Source of the DNA: Lama glama
Lineage: Eukaryota
Reading direction: 5' to 3'
Length of the DNA stretch: 64,000 bases
Assembly (NCBI GenBank): GCA_028534125.1
Contig: CM052817.1
Span: 94,924,001-94,988,000, forward strand
Shown: positions 24,912 through 36,057 of the stretch, one piece after another
Layout of the letters: each line of letters starts with the position of its first letter
Numbering within the stretch: the first letter of the stretch is position 1
The notes under the pieces: generated by a model
What the model saw: the letters and a program-made list of their open reading frames with translations, nothing else
What the model was told of the DNA's origin: nothing
The model's database searches: none
Translations under genes and position numbers: made by a program

Positions 24912-25972
24912 AAAAGTAGGAAGGATGCTGAGTGATTTGCAGTGTCACTGTGTCAGAAAAGGTTATGCAACTTCCACTCTGCTATAGGAACACTTAGCTG
25001 TTGAAGCCTTCAAGATAAATGTGAAGACAAAAAACTAGAGTGCAAAGTTGAGACAGCTCAAGACCAGGAGTCTTAGTCACCAGGAAACCCCATAGAGAAG
25101 AGGGCATGAACGTCTGAGATAAAGGAGCTGTGGGCCGAGGCAGTATGAGCAGAACTTTGAGATGACTTGATCTTGGTTTTCAATGGAAATCAAATTTCCA
25201 GCCATCATGTAAGCAGTTGGAGGCCACTATGCTGTGAAAAAAGCTAAAACTAGCCTACATGGAGAGCCCATGAAACTATACAAATGGGAGTGATGTCTAG
25301 CCAGGCCTTCTGTGGCAGCTCCAGTCACCTCCTGACCGCAATTGCATGACAGCCTCCGAGAAGACACCCAGCCGAGCCTCTCCTCAATTCTTGTCCCAAA
25401 GAAACTTAGATATGTAATAAAATGACTGCTTTTGCCATAAACTGCTAAGTTTTGGAGTAATTTCTTGCATCATAGCTGTTGAACAGAACAGTTAAGAAGG
25501 AAATGAACAAGTTGGGGCACAGACAGTAACCAATAATGAGGGCTAGTTTAAACAGGGAGGCCACTGAAACTGCATCTCAAGAAAAGGATGTGAAGAGTTT
25601 GGAAAAGGGCATCCCACATAGAAGAAAAAACCAAGACCTGAAGACGATGGGTAAGGACTGGTCATGGAGGCCGGATGGGCTGGAATATTGGAAGCAAGGT
25701 GAAGAACGAGGATGGAGATGTAGGCAGGAGACAGTCACGCAAGGTATTGTAGGCACTGATGAGGAGTTTGGGTTTTATTTTAATTGTGTTGGAAAGCCCT
25801 TGGGTGACTTGCAGCCACTGGCTAATACCAGTCCATACCCATTACTCCAGCTACCTTGGCTCCAAGGCTCTCCCTCCACAGGCCACAACCCCCCTCATGT
25901 ATGATTATTAATTCAAATAACAGGCTTCTGCATCCATTGGAAACCAAAATCAAGTGACATCAAGAGGCACTA

Positions 25973-26634
25973 CATCTGTATCATTTTTGAGATTCCATAT
26001 ATAAGTGATACCATATGATATTTATCTTTCTATGACTGACTTCACTTAGTGTGATAATCTCTAGGTCCATCCATGTTGCTGCAAATGGTATCATTTCATT
26101 CTCTTTATGACTTAGTAGTGTTCCCTTGTATACACACACCACATCTTCTTTATCCAATCACCTGTTGATGGACATTTAGGTTGCTTGCATGGCTACTGTA
26201 AATAGTGCTGCTATGAACATAGTTGCATGTATCTTTCCCAGTTAGAGTTTTCTCTGGATATATGCCCAGGAGTGGGATAGCTAGATCAAGAACTTATTTA
26301 CAAAACAGAAACAGACTCACAGACAGAAATCAAACTTATGGTTACCAAAGGGGAAAGGGGCAGAAGGATAAATTAGCAGTTTGGGATTAGCACCTACAAA
26401 CTATTATATACGAAGTAGAAAAACAACAAGGTCCTACTGTATAGCACAGGGAAATATATTCAATATCTTGTAATAATTTATAAAGAAAAAGCATATATAT
26501 ATATATATGTATATATACGTATATATATATATGTATATATATGTATGTATATATATATATATAACTGAATCACTATGCTATGCACCAGAAACTAATACAA
26601 CATTGTAAATCAACTATACTTTAATATAAAAAAA
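25973..26634. mobile_element. 5'-inverted (twin-primed) L1
   Basis: 25973-26288 is antisense L1; 26290-26634 is the sense continuation with (TA)n and A tail. Confidence 0.88.
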
Positions 26635-27096
26635 TTGTTTTAAAAGGACAGTAATCCACAACCCCAGTCTCCAGATTCTGCTCATACTACATGACCCACA
26701 TCTCTTTCATTTCAGAGATCCACACCTTCTCCTCTACAGGATTTTCTGAGACTGAGACATCTAGTCCTAACTCTCTCAACCTTGCACTCTAGTTTTTTTA
26801 TCTCCACATTTATTTCCCCCACAAGGAGCTTCATTTTTGTATTTCCCCAAGACCCTACCACTGAACACATACCTGCTGAATGAATGACTTGCTAGAACAA
26901 TGAACATCCATGAAAGACGCATCAAATGTTTCATTTAGTAGACGAATCAACACATTTAGTAAATTGTAATCTCCCAACTGTGTCCTGAACTGGGTATCTT
27001 GATGCGCTCTTCTGGGTGAAGTCTTTTGTGCCCAAGGCCTTCAATAAATCTGCCCTGATTTCTGAGGTTTGTGGAGGCTGGTTTTTAAAAAAAAAT

Positions 27097-27262
27097 TTTT
27101 TATTGAAGTATAGTCAGTTTACAGTGTTGTGTCAATTTCTGATGTACAGCACAATGCCTCAGTCATACATGAACATACATATATTCGTTTTCATATTCTT
27201 TTTCACCATAAGCTGCTACAAGATATTGAGTATAGTTCCCTGTGCTGTACTGTATGAACTTG
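27097..27262 (-). mobile_element. Lineage-type L1 3' end
   Basis: ttttattgaagtatagtcagtttacagtgttgtgtcaatttctg...gttccctgtgct. Confidence 0.9.
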
Positions 27263-27929
27263 CACAGCATGTGAAACTCTAAAGACACTCCCAGGCATTT
27301 CAGCTCTGGGAGCAAGGAAGGGAAGCAGAGGGGGGATGGGAGGAGTTGGGGCAGGGTGGACCGGGTGGTCGACTGGTTCTTATCATAACTGTTTAGTTTC
27401 ATTTACATTTTTCTCTGGGTTGCTCAGGTCCCGGGCAGTGTTATTTGATGTTGAACACCTGCCTTCCCACAGGGAAAGCTGCCGCTAGCACTGTCAAGAG
27501 AAGCGTTGACATTTCTGCTCTATACAATTGTACGACGGAGCTAAAAGGTGGACACCCAGGAGCTCCCGTCTGGTTCGTGGGATTCTGGCTCAAAAGGAGT
27601 CATTGGCCCCATCGACCATTCAAATGTACCTGGAGTTTCTCCTTGGGCTTTTGGTTTCTATGGAAGAAGCAAGCTTGTCTGTGTATTGAAGCCATTTGAA
27701 TTTGTTCATTGGCCATTTTTGTGGATCTCAGTTCACTCTTTGGTGAGATGTGAGAGATGAGTAGAGCCCTAGACGGTATTTGCTAGGCTGATTTTCCCAG
27801 AGTCCGTGGTTGCATTCAATCAGAGCTATATTCAGATTGGAAGTTACATGACTCGGAGAGCTTTCTGTCCTGAGAATCTGGAACAATTCATAGATTACTG
27901 GATAATAACAAATACACAGGAAGTTCGAG

Positions 27930-28320
27930 AGTGGCACTTCTCAAACTTTTGTGTCCATACTAATTACCTGGACATCATATAAAATGCAGATTTAGGCATA
28001 GTAGGTCTAGAGTAGGGCCTAAGACTCTGCATTTCTAACAAGCTTCTGTGTGATGTTGACACCCTGGTCCAGGACCATACGGAGTGTAGTAAGTGTCTAG
28101 TTTAGACTCCAGATTCTACAGCCCATGCCTGTAGAATTGTGGTTCTCAAAGCATTAGACCACTATCCTTTAGCACTACCTGGGAACTTGTGAAAAATGCA
28201 AGTTCTCAGCTCCCATCCCGGACCTGCTAGATCAGAAATTTCCGTGGTGATGCTCAGCACTCAGTGTCTTAAGAGGCCCTGCAGGAAATGCTGATGCATC
28301 CTCAAGTTTAAGAAGGAAGG
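27930..28320. mobile_element. Two adjacent MER5-type MITEs
   Basis: cttctcaaactt...agtaggtctag...ctgcatttctaacaagc (27930-28095); gtggttctcaaag...cctgggaacttg...aaatgca...gatcagaaa (28135-28320). Confidence 0.75.
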
Positions 28321-28343
28321 CCATCAAGATTCACTCAAGTGAA

Positions 28344-28510
28344 ACAACAAGGGCCTACCGTACAGCACAGGGAACTGTATTCAATACCTTGTAATAAACT
28401 GTAATGGAAAAGAATATGAAAAGGAAAATATATATGTATCACTGAACCACTATATTGTACACTAGAAATTAACACAACATTTAAACCGACTATACTTCAA
28501 TTAAAAAAAA
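28344..28510 (+). mobile_element. Lineage-type L1 3' end
   Basis: tacagcacagggaactgtattcaatacc...tatacttcaatt(A)n; TSD attcactcaagtgaa (28329-28343) / attcactcaggtgaa (28511-28525). Confidence 0.92.
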
Positions 28511-30686
28511 ATTCACTCAGGTGAACTAAAGAATTTTAACCACGGTCTTCAAGTTTAGATCAAATAATCAACAACTTTAGAATCAATAAATTTAATGTGT
28601 GGAACTCAAATCTAGGGTTTAGAGTTTAAATTTATTTAAAAAATGTTTCACTCTCATCACCAAGTTGCAACTGCCAGATAAAAATCCTTGGTTATTTTTT
28701 CACATGTAAAAAAGAATCACTTCAATCTTCATTTAAAGGTCCTCTGGTTCAGTAATAAGATCTTTGGACAAGTCCAAAATCCTGAAAACCAGGCTCTTAG
28801 AACCCTGGTATGGACACCAGGCCAAGTGGCATCGGAGTTCCTGAAGTCCAGGCACGTCTTTGAACACTCCCAGTGGCCTTGTGGTTATCTATGAAGGGAG
28901 GCAGATAACTGGGTGCTATCTCAGGCTGAAAAAGGGTGGGTTCAAGAGTCATTTTCTCTACTCAAATGGAGTAGCCAATTGGAGGCCCTCCTGAAATGAT
29001 TGGCAGGATCAGCAGGCCAGTGAGAATCAGACTTCCCTCCCAGCACAGGCTGGAAAAATAGCTCTGACCTCAGACCTGGAGGCAAAATTTCCAGGGCTGC
29101 CGGGACTATGTTAGCTGTCCATCACCTCTGAGAGGGCAAAAGAGCAGATCCCTCCCCAGGTCACTGGAGCAGGTAGAACCTGGAGCCCGTCCAGACCACG
29201 TTACACCCCCCGGAACGCCTGGGAATCAGGCTTAGAGCCTTCGTTACTTACTGTGGTTTCAGCTTTCACAACTGGGACTGCTTTGCAATTTCAGTTTTAA
29301 GAGTAATCTTGGGGAGAAATACATAAAACCCTGCCTAATACCTTCTCGACCGTAACTGTGCTGGTCCGAGACTAGCATAGCAGCGATTGAATAATGCTGA
29401 CTAATAATATGTTGGCCTCCTGTAGCACTTTTCATCTGAAGACCTCAAAAGCTCTACGCACACGACCTCACTAAGCCTTAGAACAGCTTCTGCGAAATAC
29501 ATGGGAAATATTATTATCACCATTTCTCAGGCAGGAAAAAAGGCGTCAGTGAATTACCCAGATCGCACTCTGAGCTCGTAACTGGGCTCAAGGCTGAGCG
29601 CGGTTGGAGAGATTTGGGGCATCGAAGGGGCTCAGGAAGAGGGAGGGTGAAATACGGCAATCCGGACAGAAAACAACTTTGGCTGTAATGTGGGCAACAT
29701 TAATCACAGAACCAGTAGTGTTACTAAGAAACAGAAAGGGGGGTTGGCTTTGAGAATGTTTGTTGTCACTGTTTTATTTCAGGAGACATATTTTTTTACC
29801 TCCATGCTTTGCTTGAGTCCTTCTTCGGGTCCATGTAGGTTTGGGGGGAGAGGGTTGAAGGGAGGTCCTTGCCTTATCTCTCTGCATGGCTCAAGTTCAT
29901 CTCCTGAACTTCTGCCCAAACATCAGTGACTTAAGACGTTGATCAGTACTTTCCTGATTGTTCCCTCGACTCCAGCTTCTTTTTGCCAATACTGTTTTTG
30001 TAATCCACATTTTATTTACGCAACAATTGCAGAAATGTCCCAAAGGGCTCATTGAGGATATTATCAAAATACCTCAGATTTCCTGAACTGATAAGTGAAT
30101 ATTTAAAACTTTTTAGAATAGTGCAATTGCCTCCCTTTCTTTTCCTCTTTTTTTCCCCTCTCTTTCTGTCTTTCTTTTTTCTTTCCTATTTTAAAATGTC
30201 AAAGGCTTCCTGACATGCTTTGGCCATGGAAATGGAACATATTTTCTCATTAGGTTAATTAATGGCTCTGCTTGGGTGGCATAATTTGGTGTAAGTTTCC
30301 TTTTAGAATTCTGTCATAACTAAAAACGATCTTATTTTTGTTATGTTTTGTGGTGTCTTTAAATTTTTATGACTTCTACTTTGTTTAGTCTGTGTGTAAT
30401 CCTTCTTTTGAAACCTAATGTCCTAGAAAATTTACAGTTTTCTCTCAAAACTGGCACTTTTTACATTTTACGGTGATTCCTGTTTCTTTGGTTCTCACTA
30501 GAACTTCATCTAAGTCCTTAAGGTGTAATTCGCAGCTCAGGGAATTTATGATTACATCGTCAAAGTAAACTCCCCAAGTGCAATATATTAAACCTGACAA
30601 GACGCTGTTCATTAATCTTTGAAATACAGCCAGGTGTGATGTAGTGAAGTGAACCTTCCAACCCAGAACAGCTGAAGAACTCGGAG

Positions 30687-30700
30687 CTGCCCCCCACTGG
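30687..30700 (-). promoter_or_regulatory. Candidate CTCF site
   Basis: Reverse complement CCAGTGGGGGGCAG matches 13/14 of CCASYAGRKGGCRS. Confidence 0.3.
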
Positions 30701-30834
30701 GAAGGATTCCTTCCTCCTCGCTGCCAAGGCCGCCTGGGTGGGGACCGAGAGGGCCAAATGCCCTTCCTTTGCCAACTGTGGTGTTCCCTGTCTCTGCTGG
30801 TGTTCCTACAGCCCTGCAGCTTCTCACCTTTTCA

Positions 30835-30966
30835 AGCATTTGTTCATTCAACAAATATTTATTAAGCGCCTACTTTGGTTCAGGCACCAGGTGGACGTGG
30901 AAAGCCCGTAGTAACCAAAACAGAAACAATCCCTCGCTTCATGGAGCTTATAGTTTTAGGGTCTAG
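30835..30966 (-). mobile_element. L2 3' fragment
   Basis: ttcattcaacaaatatttattaagcgcctact...cttcatggagctta. Confidence 0.75.
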
Positions 30967-31332
30967 CCATAGGCAAAGGCTCAAGATTCTTTTATTCAGT
31001 GCCACCAAAGCCACAAACTGCATTGCCTGAATGTGCAGCATTTCTTCTCAGCCCCCCAGGTAGCTTTGATGCTAAACAACTCCTGCTGTCTGTGAGTGAG
31101 ATTGCAGTACAGCCTGAAGAGTGTGGGGATCGAGATTTGCAAATGGCACCATCAAAGAGGACTAGCCCAAAGTCACCTTGGGGGCAATCAGTGCTTGGTC
31201 AAAAAAGTGCAGTCAAGCTAATCACTGTGGAACACCGCCTCTAGAACAGCAGAGAAAATCCAGATAAAAGGCAGTACCTCTTAAAGGCAGAATCGGTCTC
31301 CCCCAGACCCTTCTGTTTGCCTGTAAATGGGC

Positions 31333-31595
31333 TAAATGCCGTGTGGGATTCTGGAATGGATTCTGAAACAGAAAAAGAACATGAGTGGAAAAACAGGTGA
31401 AATCTGTACAGCCTGGAGTTTAGTTCATAGCAATATGCCAATACCAGTTTCTTCATTTTGTCTAATGTGCTGTGGCAATGTAGACATTAACGCCAGGGAA
31501 ACAGGGCAAGGAGTGTTTAGGAACTCTTTGTACTATCTAAGCAACTTCTCTATAATTCTAAAACTATTCCAAAATAGAAAAGTTTATTTAAAAGA
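31333..31595 (+). mobile_element. Old L1 (L1MC/MD-like) 3' end
   Basis: ggattctggaatggattctgaaacagaaaaagaacatgagtggaaaaac...ggaactctttgtactatct...aaactattccaaaat. Confidence 0.75.
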
Positions 31596-33048
31596 TGTTT
31601 GCTTATGAAACAGAATCCTTAAGGTGAATAATAAAAAGCTACTTTTGAAAAAGAACATAGTAGGCGTGGAAAAGATACAGCTCCCAAGGAAAATTACACA
31701 TTTTTCTCGAAACTAAGGAGAAATATATCTAGAAACCCAAAACCCAGGAACTGAGATTCTATTAAAGACAATATTCTCATTAAATTTTCCCTTCTGTCCC
31801 TCATACCACAGTGAGTTTGCTCTCACTGGTTTTAAGAATTCCTTTTAAGGTGTATGTAAAAGAAACAATTGTGCAGAAGAATCGTATGTCCCAAGTGAAA
31901 GAAGCAAGATTTCTATCATTTTATTTCTTTCACTCTCTGAATTTACAACACTCATTCTCTCATCATTGGCACCTTCCCAGTTCACACACACACACACATA
32001 CACACTCACATCCCAGATCATTGCTGAAACACAGCTACTTTGTCCTTTCCTTTCCTGGTCTGCACACACACTCTTCATTGTCCTGTACTAGCCTGGCTGT
32101 GTAGAAACTTCTTTCTAAGTTGCACAACAAGTATCGATGTGTGCAGATGGAAGATCTTCCTGACTTAGAATTACATTCAAGAGGAGGTGGCTTATAGCAT
32201 CCAGTCAGGGGTTCTTGTTTTTGTTAGACTTGTGGGGCAGTTACACCATCTGTGTAGAACACACCCCCATTTAAATCTTCTCAGGGAGAATTTTTCATTT
32301 CAGAATAGAAACAGTGGCAATGAAAGCACTGATTTTTTTTTTTTTTAACTAGCTGCACGCTTGAAAAGATAATGGTTTTGTAAACCAAGTGTAAACCTCT
32401 GGATAAACTGCTGGCTGCAATAAGGGACTTCCTCGGAGAGCTGAGTGAGTCTTACAACAATCAAACGGTGCCTTTTTAAGGTGAAAATTTCTCCCCATCC
32501 AGAGAAATGGATCATAGAATTAGGGTATTAGTGCTGGGAGGATTCCTAGAGATCATCTAATATAATTTTATCGTCTTGAAGATGAGAAAAACAGGCCTCG
32601 GGGCTTGTGCCTTCGCTAAGGCTTTAATGACTGAGCTGAGCCAAAACCACCCCCCCCGCCCGGAGGCCAGGCCCACTGCCGCCTTCTCTGTGCTGCGCTG
32701 GCCCTTCAAGATGGGGGCCAAGCTCTGGGGGTTTTACTACGAAGTCTCAGGAAGTTTGCTTTGTGGTCCGTACTTTCTTTGTTTAACTGCAACAAGGTGC
32801 ACAAAAGTCATTTGTAAGCTGGGATGTACCCCGCACCTGTCATTTGTCACTGACGCTGTTGTTACTGTCATTATTATTATTTACAACCGGCTTCGAGAGA
32901 GACTGGATGCCTGCAAATTCTACAAATTCTGTGCTGGAAAGAAAGGCAGATTTTTCGTGCACACGATCATCTTCTGTTCCCTCCCTTCTGATGCCACTGC
33001 TTTCCCAAGGGGTCCCCTGTTCTCTTTAAGAATCTGCTTTCTGAAATT

Positions 33049-33153
33049 GAACATATATATATGTATGTATGTATATGTATAACTTATTCGCTTTGCTGCA
33101 CACCTGAAACTAACACTGTAGATCGACTACATGTCAATTAAAGTAATAATAAC
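33049..33153 (+). mobile_element. Very short L1 3' end
   Basis: ctttgctgcacacctgaaactaacac...; 20 bp TSD agaatctgctttctgaaatt (33029-33048) / agaatctgctttttaaaatt (33154-33173). Confidence 0.88.
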
Positions 33154-34619
33154 AGAATCTGCTTTTTAAAATTCCTTTCCTCCTTTTGGATTTTTATTCG
33201 CTCTCTTTTTTTTAACATATATAAGCCGACAAGGAGGACTCACTGGAGAACAGAGCCCAGGTTTCTAGAAAGGCTCTGCAAATAGGAAGTCAAACCACAT
33301 CACACCGTTCGTCTGCCAAAAGTAATAAACCCAGCCAGCCTCAGCGCCCTCTTGACTTCGTCAGCAACTAACGCTCATTTCTCCCCCTCTTCCTTTGCAA
33401 GGAAGAGGGGAAAAAAAAATGCCAGGCAAAGAATGCCAGGCAAATCAAACCATGGGAAAAATAACACCTTTAAATTCAGAGCAAAATTCTCCTTTCCAAT
33501 CCTTGCTGCAGATGCGCCATCCGGTATGCTTGGCAGGGTGTGCTGCTCTTGGAACAAGATGCAGAACGCAGGTTAGGGAGAAGATTTTGGCCAGAGACTG
33601 GTTGTTAATTTTTAATTCACAGTTGTAAAGTCTGAGAAATCTCACTATGATTTAGCTTCATACACTAATCAAAACAAATCCATATAAGAGATAGTTCCTT
33701 ACATAGTTTTAAGAAATACACCTTCTGATTTCCCATGAGTCATATTAATTAATGGCTTCTCAAATCAGTGAGTATGTGCTTATTTTTAATCGGTAGAATA
33801 AATGATAAGCTCAAGGTTCAATATTTGCCCCAAACAGAAGCTGCTGTGGGGATTCCAAGCCAGAAAGGCCATTCTTGATTCCTTCCTCTTTTTCCAACTG
33901 GAATTCACCTGCTGCTTCTCTTTCAAATCAGAAGTGGATCATTTGAAGATGAGTACAAAAATGTCCCCCTTCTTAATGCAGGCTTGCTTCTTTCTAGTTA
34001 ACCAAGAGCAGCCAACTGAGGGAAAAAAACAAACACTTACGTTGAAACACCCTTTCTGAAACTTAGGGCTTTGGATTAAAAATCCAGTAATGCGTATTTT
34101 AATCCTTTCTCTGCCATAAACTCACTTGTGTGGCTTTGATAGGTTCTCAAACTCCCTCTCCAGTCCTCCAATAATCTGTTTTTATAACAGGGATAATTTC
34201 TTCCAGCTCTAATGCTCTCATTTCATTATCCCTGAAATTAGATTTCTATCAAACAGGCATCGATATCTTCAAAAATGGCTGTCACATGGGTGGAGAAAGG
34301 TCATGCTTCTGTCTCTAGAGATGGGTACTTATGAGGGAAAAGCAAAGTTCTATGAACAGAAAAAAAAATGTCTTCCTGATTAGGACACAGTCATGTTTCT
34401 ATTAATTTCACAGCCACCAAACATTGTCTTTTAACAGTGATTTTGGGACCCAGCTTTTCTCCCGGGACAGACTGAAGACAGTGGAAAACACAAATGCATC
34501 CAGGGAAACTTTTTCTACACTGATTAAAAATCAACCAAGAAGATAACACTTTGGAGTCATTGTTTCATGGTTAATCCTCATTTTGAAACAGGTTCCTTCA
34601 CGAATTGTCAAAGGGAGGA

Positions 34620-34850
34620 GCTAGCCTGCACTGAGGCACACTTTGCTTCAGAATGAACACTCCCATGTTTAACACTCGTTGACTCATCACCCAAAAGAGC
34701 ACTTAAATAGAGATAGTAATACCCCATTGATAGGGATAGGAAACTAAGGCACAAAGAAGTATAATAACTTGTCCACGGTCATGTATATGTAACAGATGTT
34801 GGAAAAGAAATTTAAACCAAATGCGTCTGATTACAAAACCTTTCCTCTAC
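34620..34850 (-). mobile_element. MIR
   Basis: cccattgatagggataggaaactaaggcacaaagaagt...aacttgtccacggtca. Confidence 0.65.
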
Positions 34851-36048
34851 AATGTATGAGCTTGTTCACACAGTGCTTCACCACTTAGAAAAAGATAAGC
34901 TTTTTAATAGTACCTAAGTTAAGTTTCCTAAGACAAACTGCATACAGGGTCATGTCATTATAATGCTTTCTTTAAACCATCAGGCACCAGCTCCTATATT
35001 TGATGAGGACTAACATAAATTCAAAACAAAGGAGAAAAGAGTGTTTTGTGTCTTACAAGTGCAAAAACCAACGTGTAATCTATCGCCCTCATGAAAGAGC
35101 CAACCAATATTTCAAAAGCCACCAAAGGGACTGATTACCCAGTAGACTGAGAAGACTTCACACTGGTCGTTCTTTTCAAGTCATTCTCTACCTCCCCCCG
35201 ACCACTGGCAAGGCAGTGGGTCAAAGGTGTGCCTTGTAGTGTAGAAGGGCCACCAGAGTGAAAATCTAAGGACCATCCCCCGAGAGCTGTTTTCAGTCAT
35301 GAGAGGCATTTTGAAGTTCCCTGGATGAGTTTAAACTCCCCAAACACCCTTCATCCCATCCCCTCTCCATATACACACTCTATTTGTTTACTTCTCACCC
35401 CCCACCCCCCACCCCCCAGCCCTAGAATGTGACAAATCTAGAGGCTGTTAGGGGGACCCAGCCGGAGGATCTTCCAGGTGTCCTGCCCTGAGGGATTAAA
35501 AGTGCTCGGGTTTCAACTCAGGGCTGTCCCACCCATGTACTCCTCCGTACTGCACCCATCACTCGCCCTGAAAAGCACATCTCTCACCTTTGGCTGTCTG
35601 CATGGGAGGTGTTTACAAATAAGGGCACCTGCCTGTGAAAGGCAGCCATTTGTAGAAACACCAAGAGGACAACTGATGACATGTTTGGGGAGTTTCTATG
35701 CCTGAATGTTCCCAACAGCTATATCTGCACTATTTAGGCTTTTGTGAGGTTTTGTGTGGCAAGAGAAAGAGAGAAACAGGTTCCTTATCTTTGTATTAAA
35801 AACACATCTGCAAACCTGCCACATTCTACGGCAAGTGAACCGAAGGTAAACATCTAATAGTACTTGGAACGCTACCCATTCCCTGCTAAGGAAGGTTAAA
35901 ACACGTTGGTTAAATGAAAAGTTTGGCTGAAACTAGATTCTTCTCCAAACACAACAGGAGGTTATAATTTCAAGAATTTTTCTCTTTGGATTTACTCCTG
36001 AATATTAAGTATTGGTACCCAAGTGCCAGAGTAACAAACTAAAATGAA

Positions 36049-36057
36049 GACCACCCA
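36049..36057 (+). promoter_or_regulatory. Perfect GLI consensus GACCACCCA
   Basis: Exact 9-mer in apparently non-repeat DNA; function not shown. Confidence 0.3.

Larger units (their letters stand above)
24415..25490 (+). mobile_element. MLT1 LTR interrupted by a SINE
   Basis: tgtggcagattgtatttt...cccttgaatctgggc at the start; gccataaactgctaagttttggagtaattt...aacagaaca at the end. Confidence 0.7.

Noticed and set aside
24611..24987. Four ORFs with K/E/R-rich or F/L/S-rich products
   Set aside because: Translations of the polypurine microsatellite.
32576..33082. 168 aa ORF
   Set aside because: Starts in a MIR, ends in an L1 tail, no recognisable protein features.
33342..33357. CTCF-like cagcgccctcttgact
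   Set aside because: Only the AGAGGGCGC half matches; the conserved CC positions are missing.
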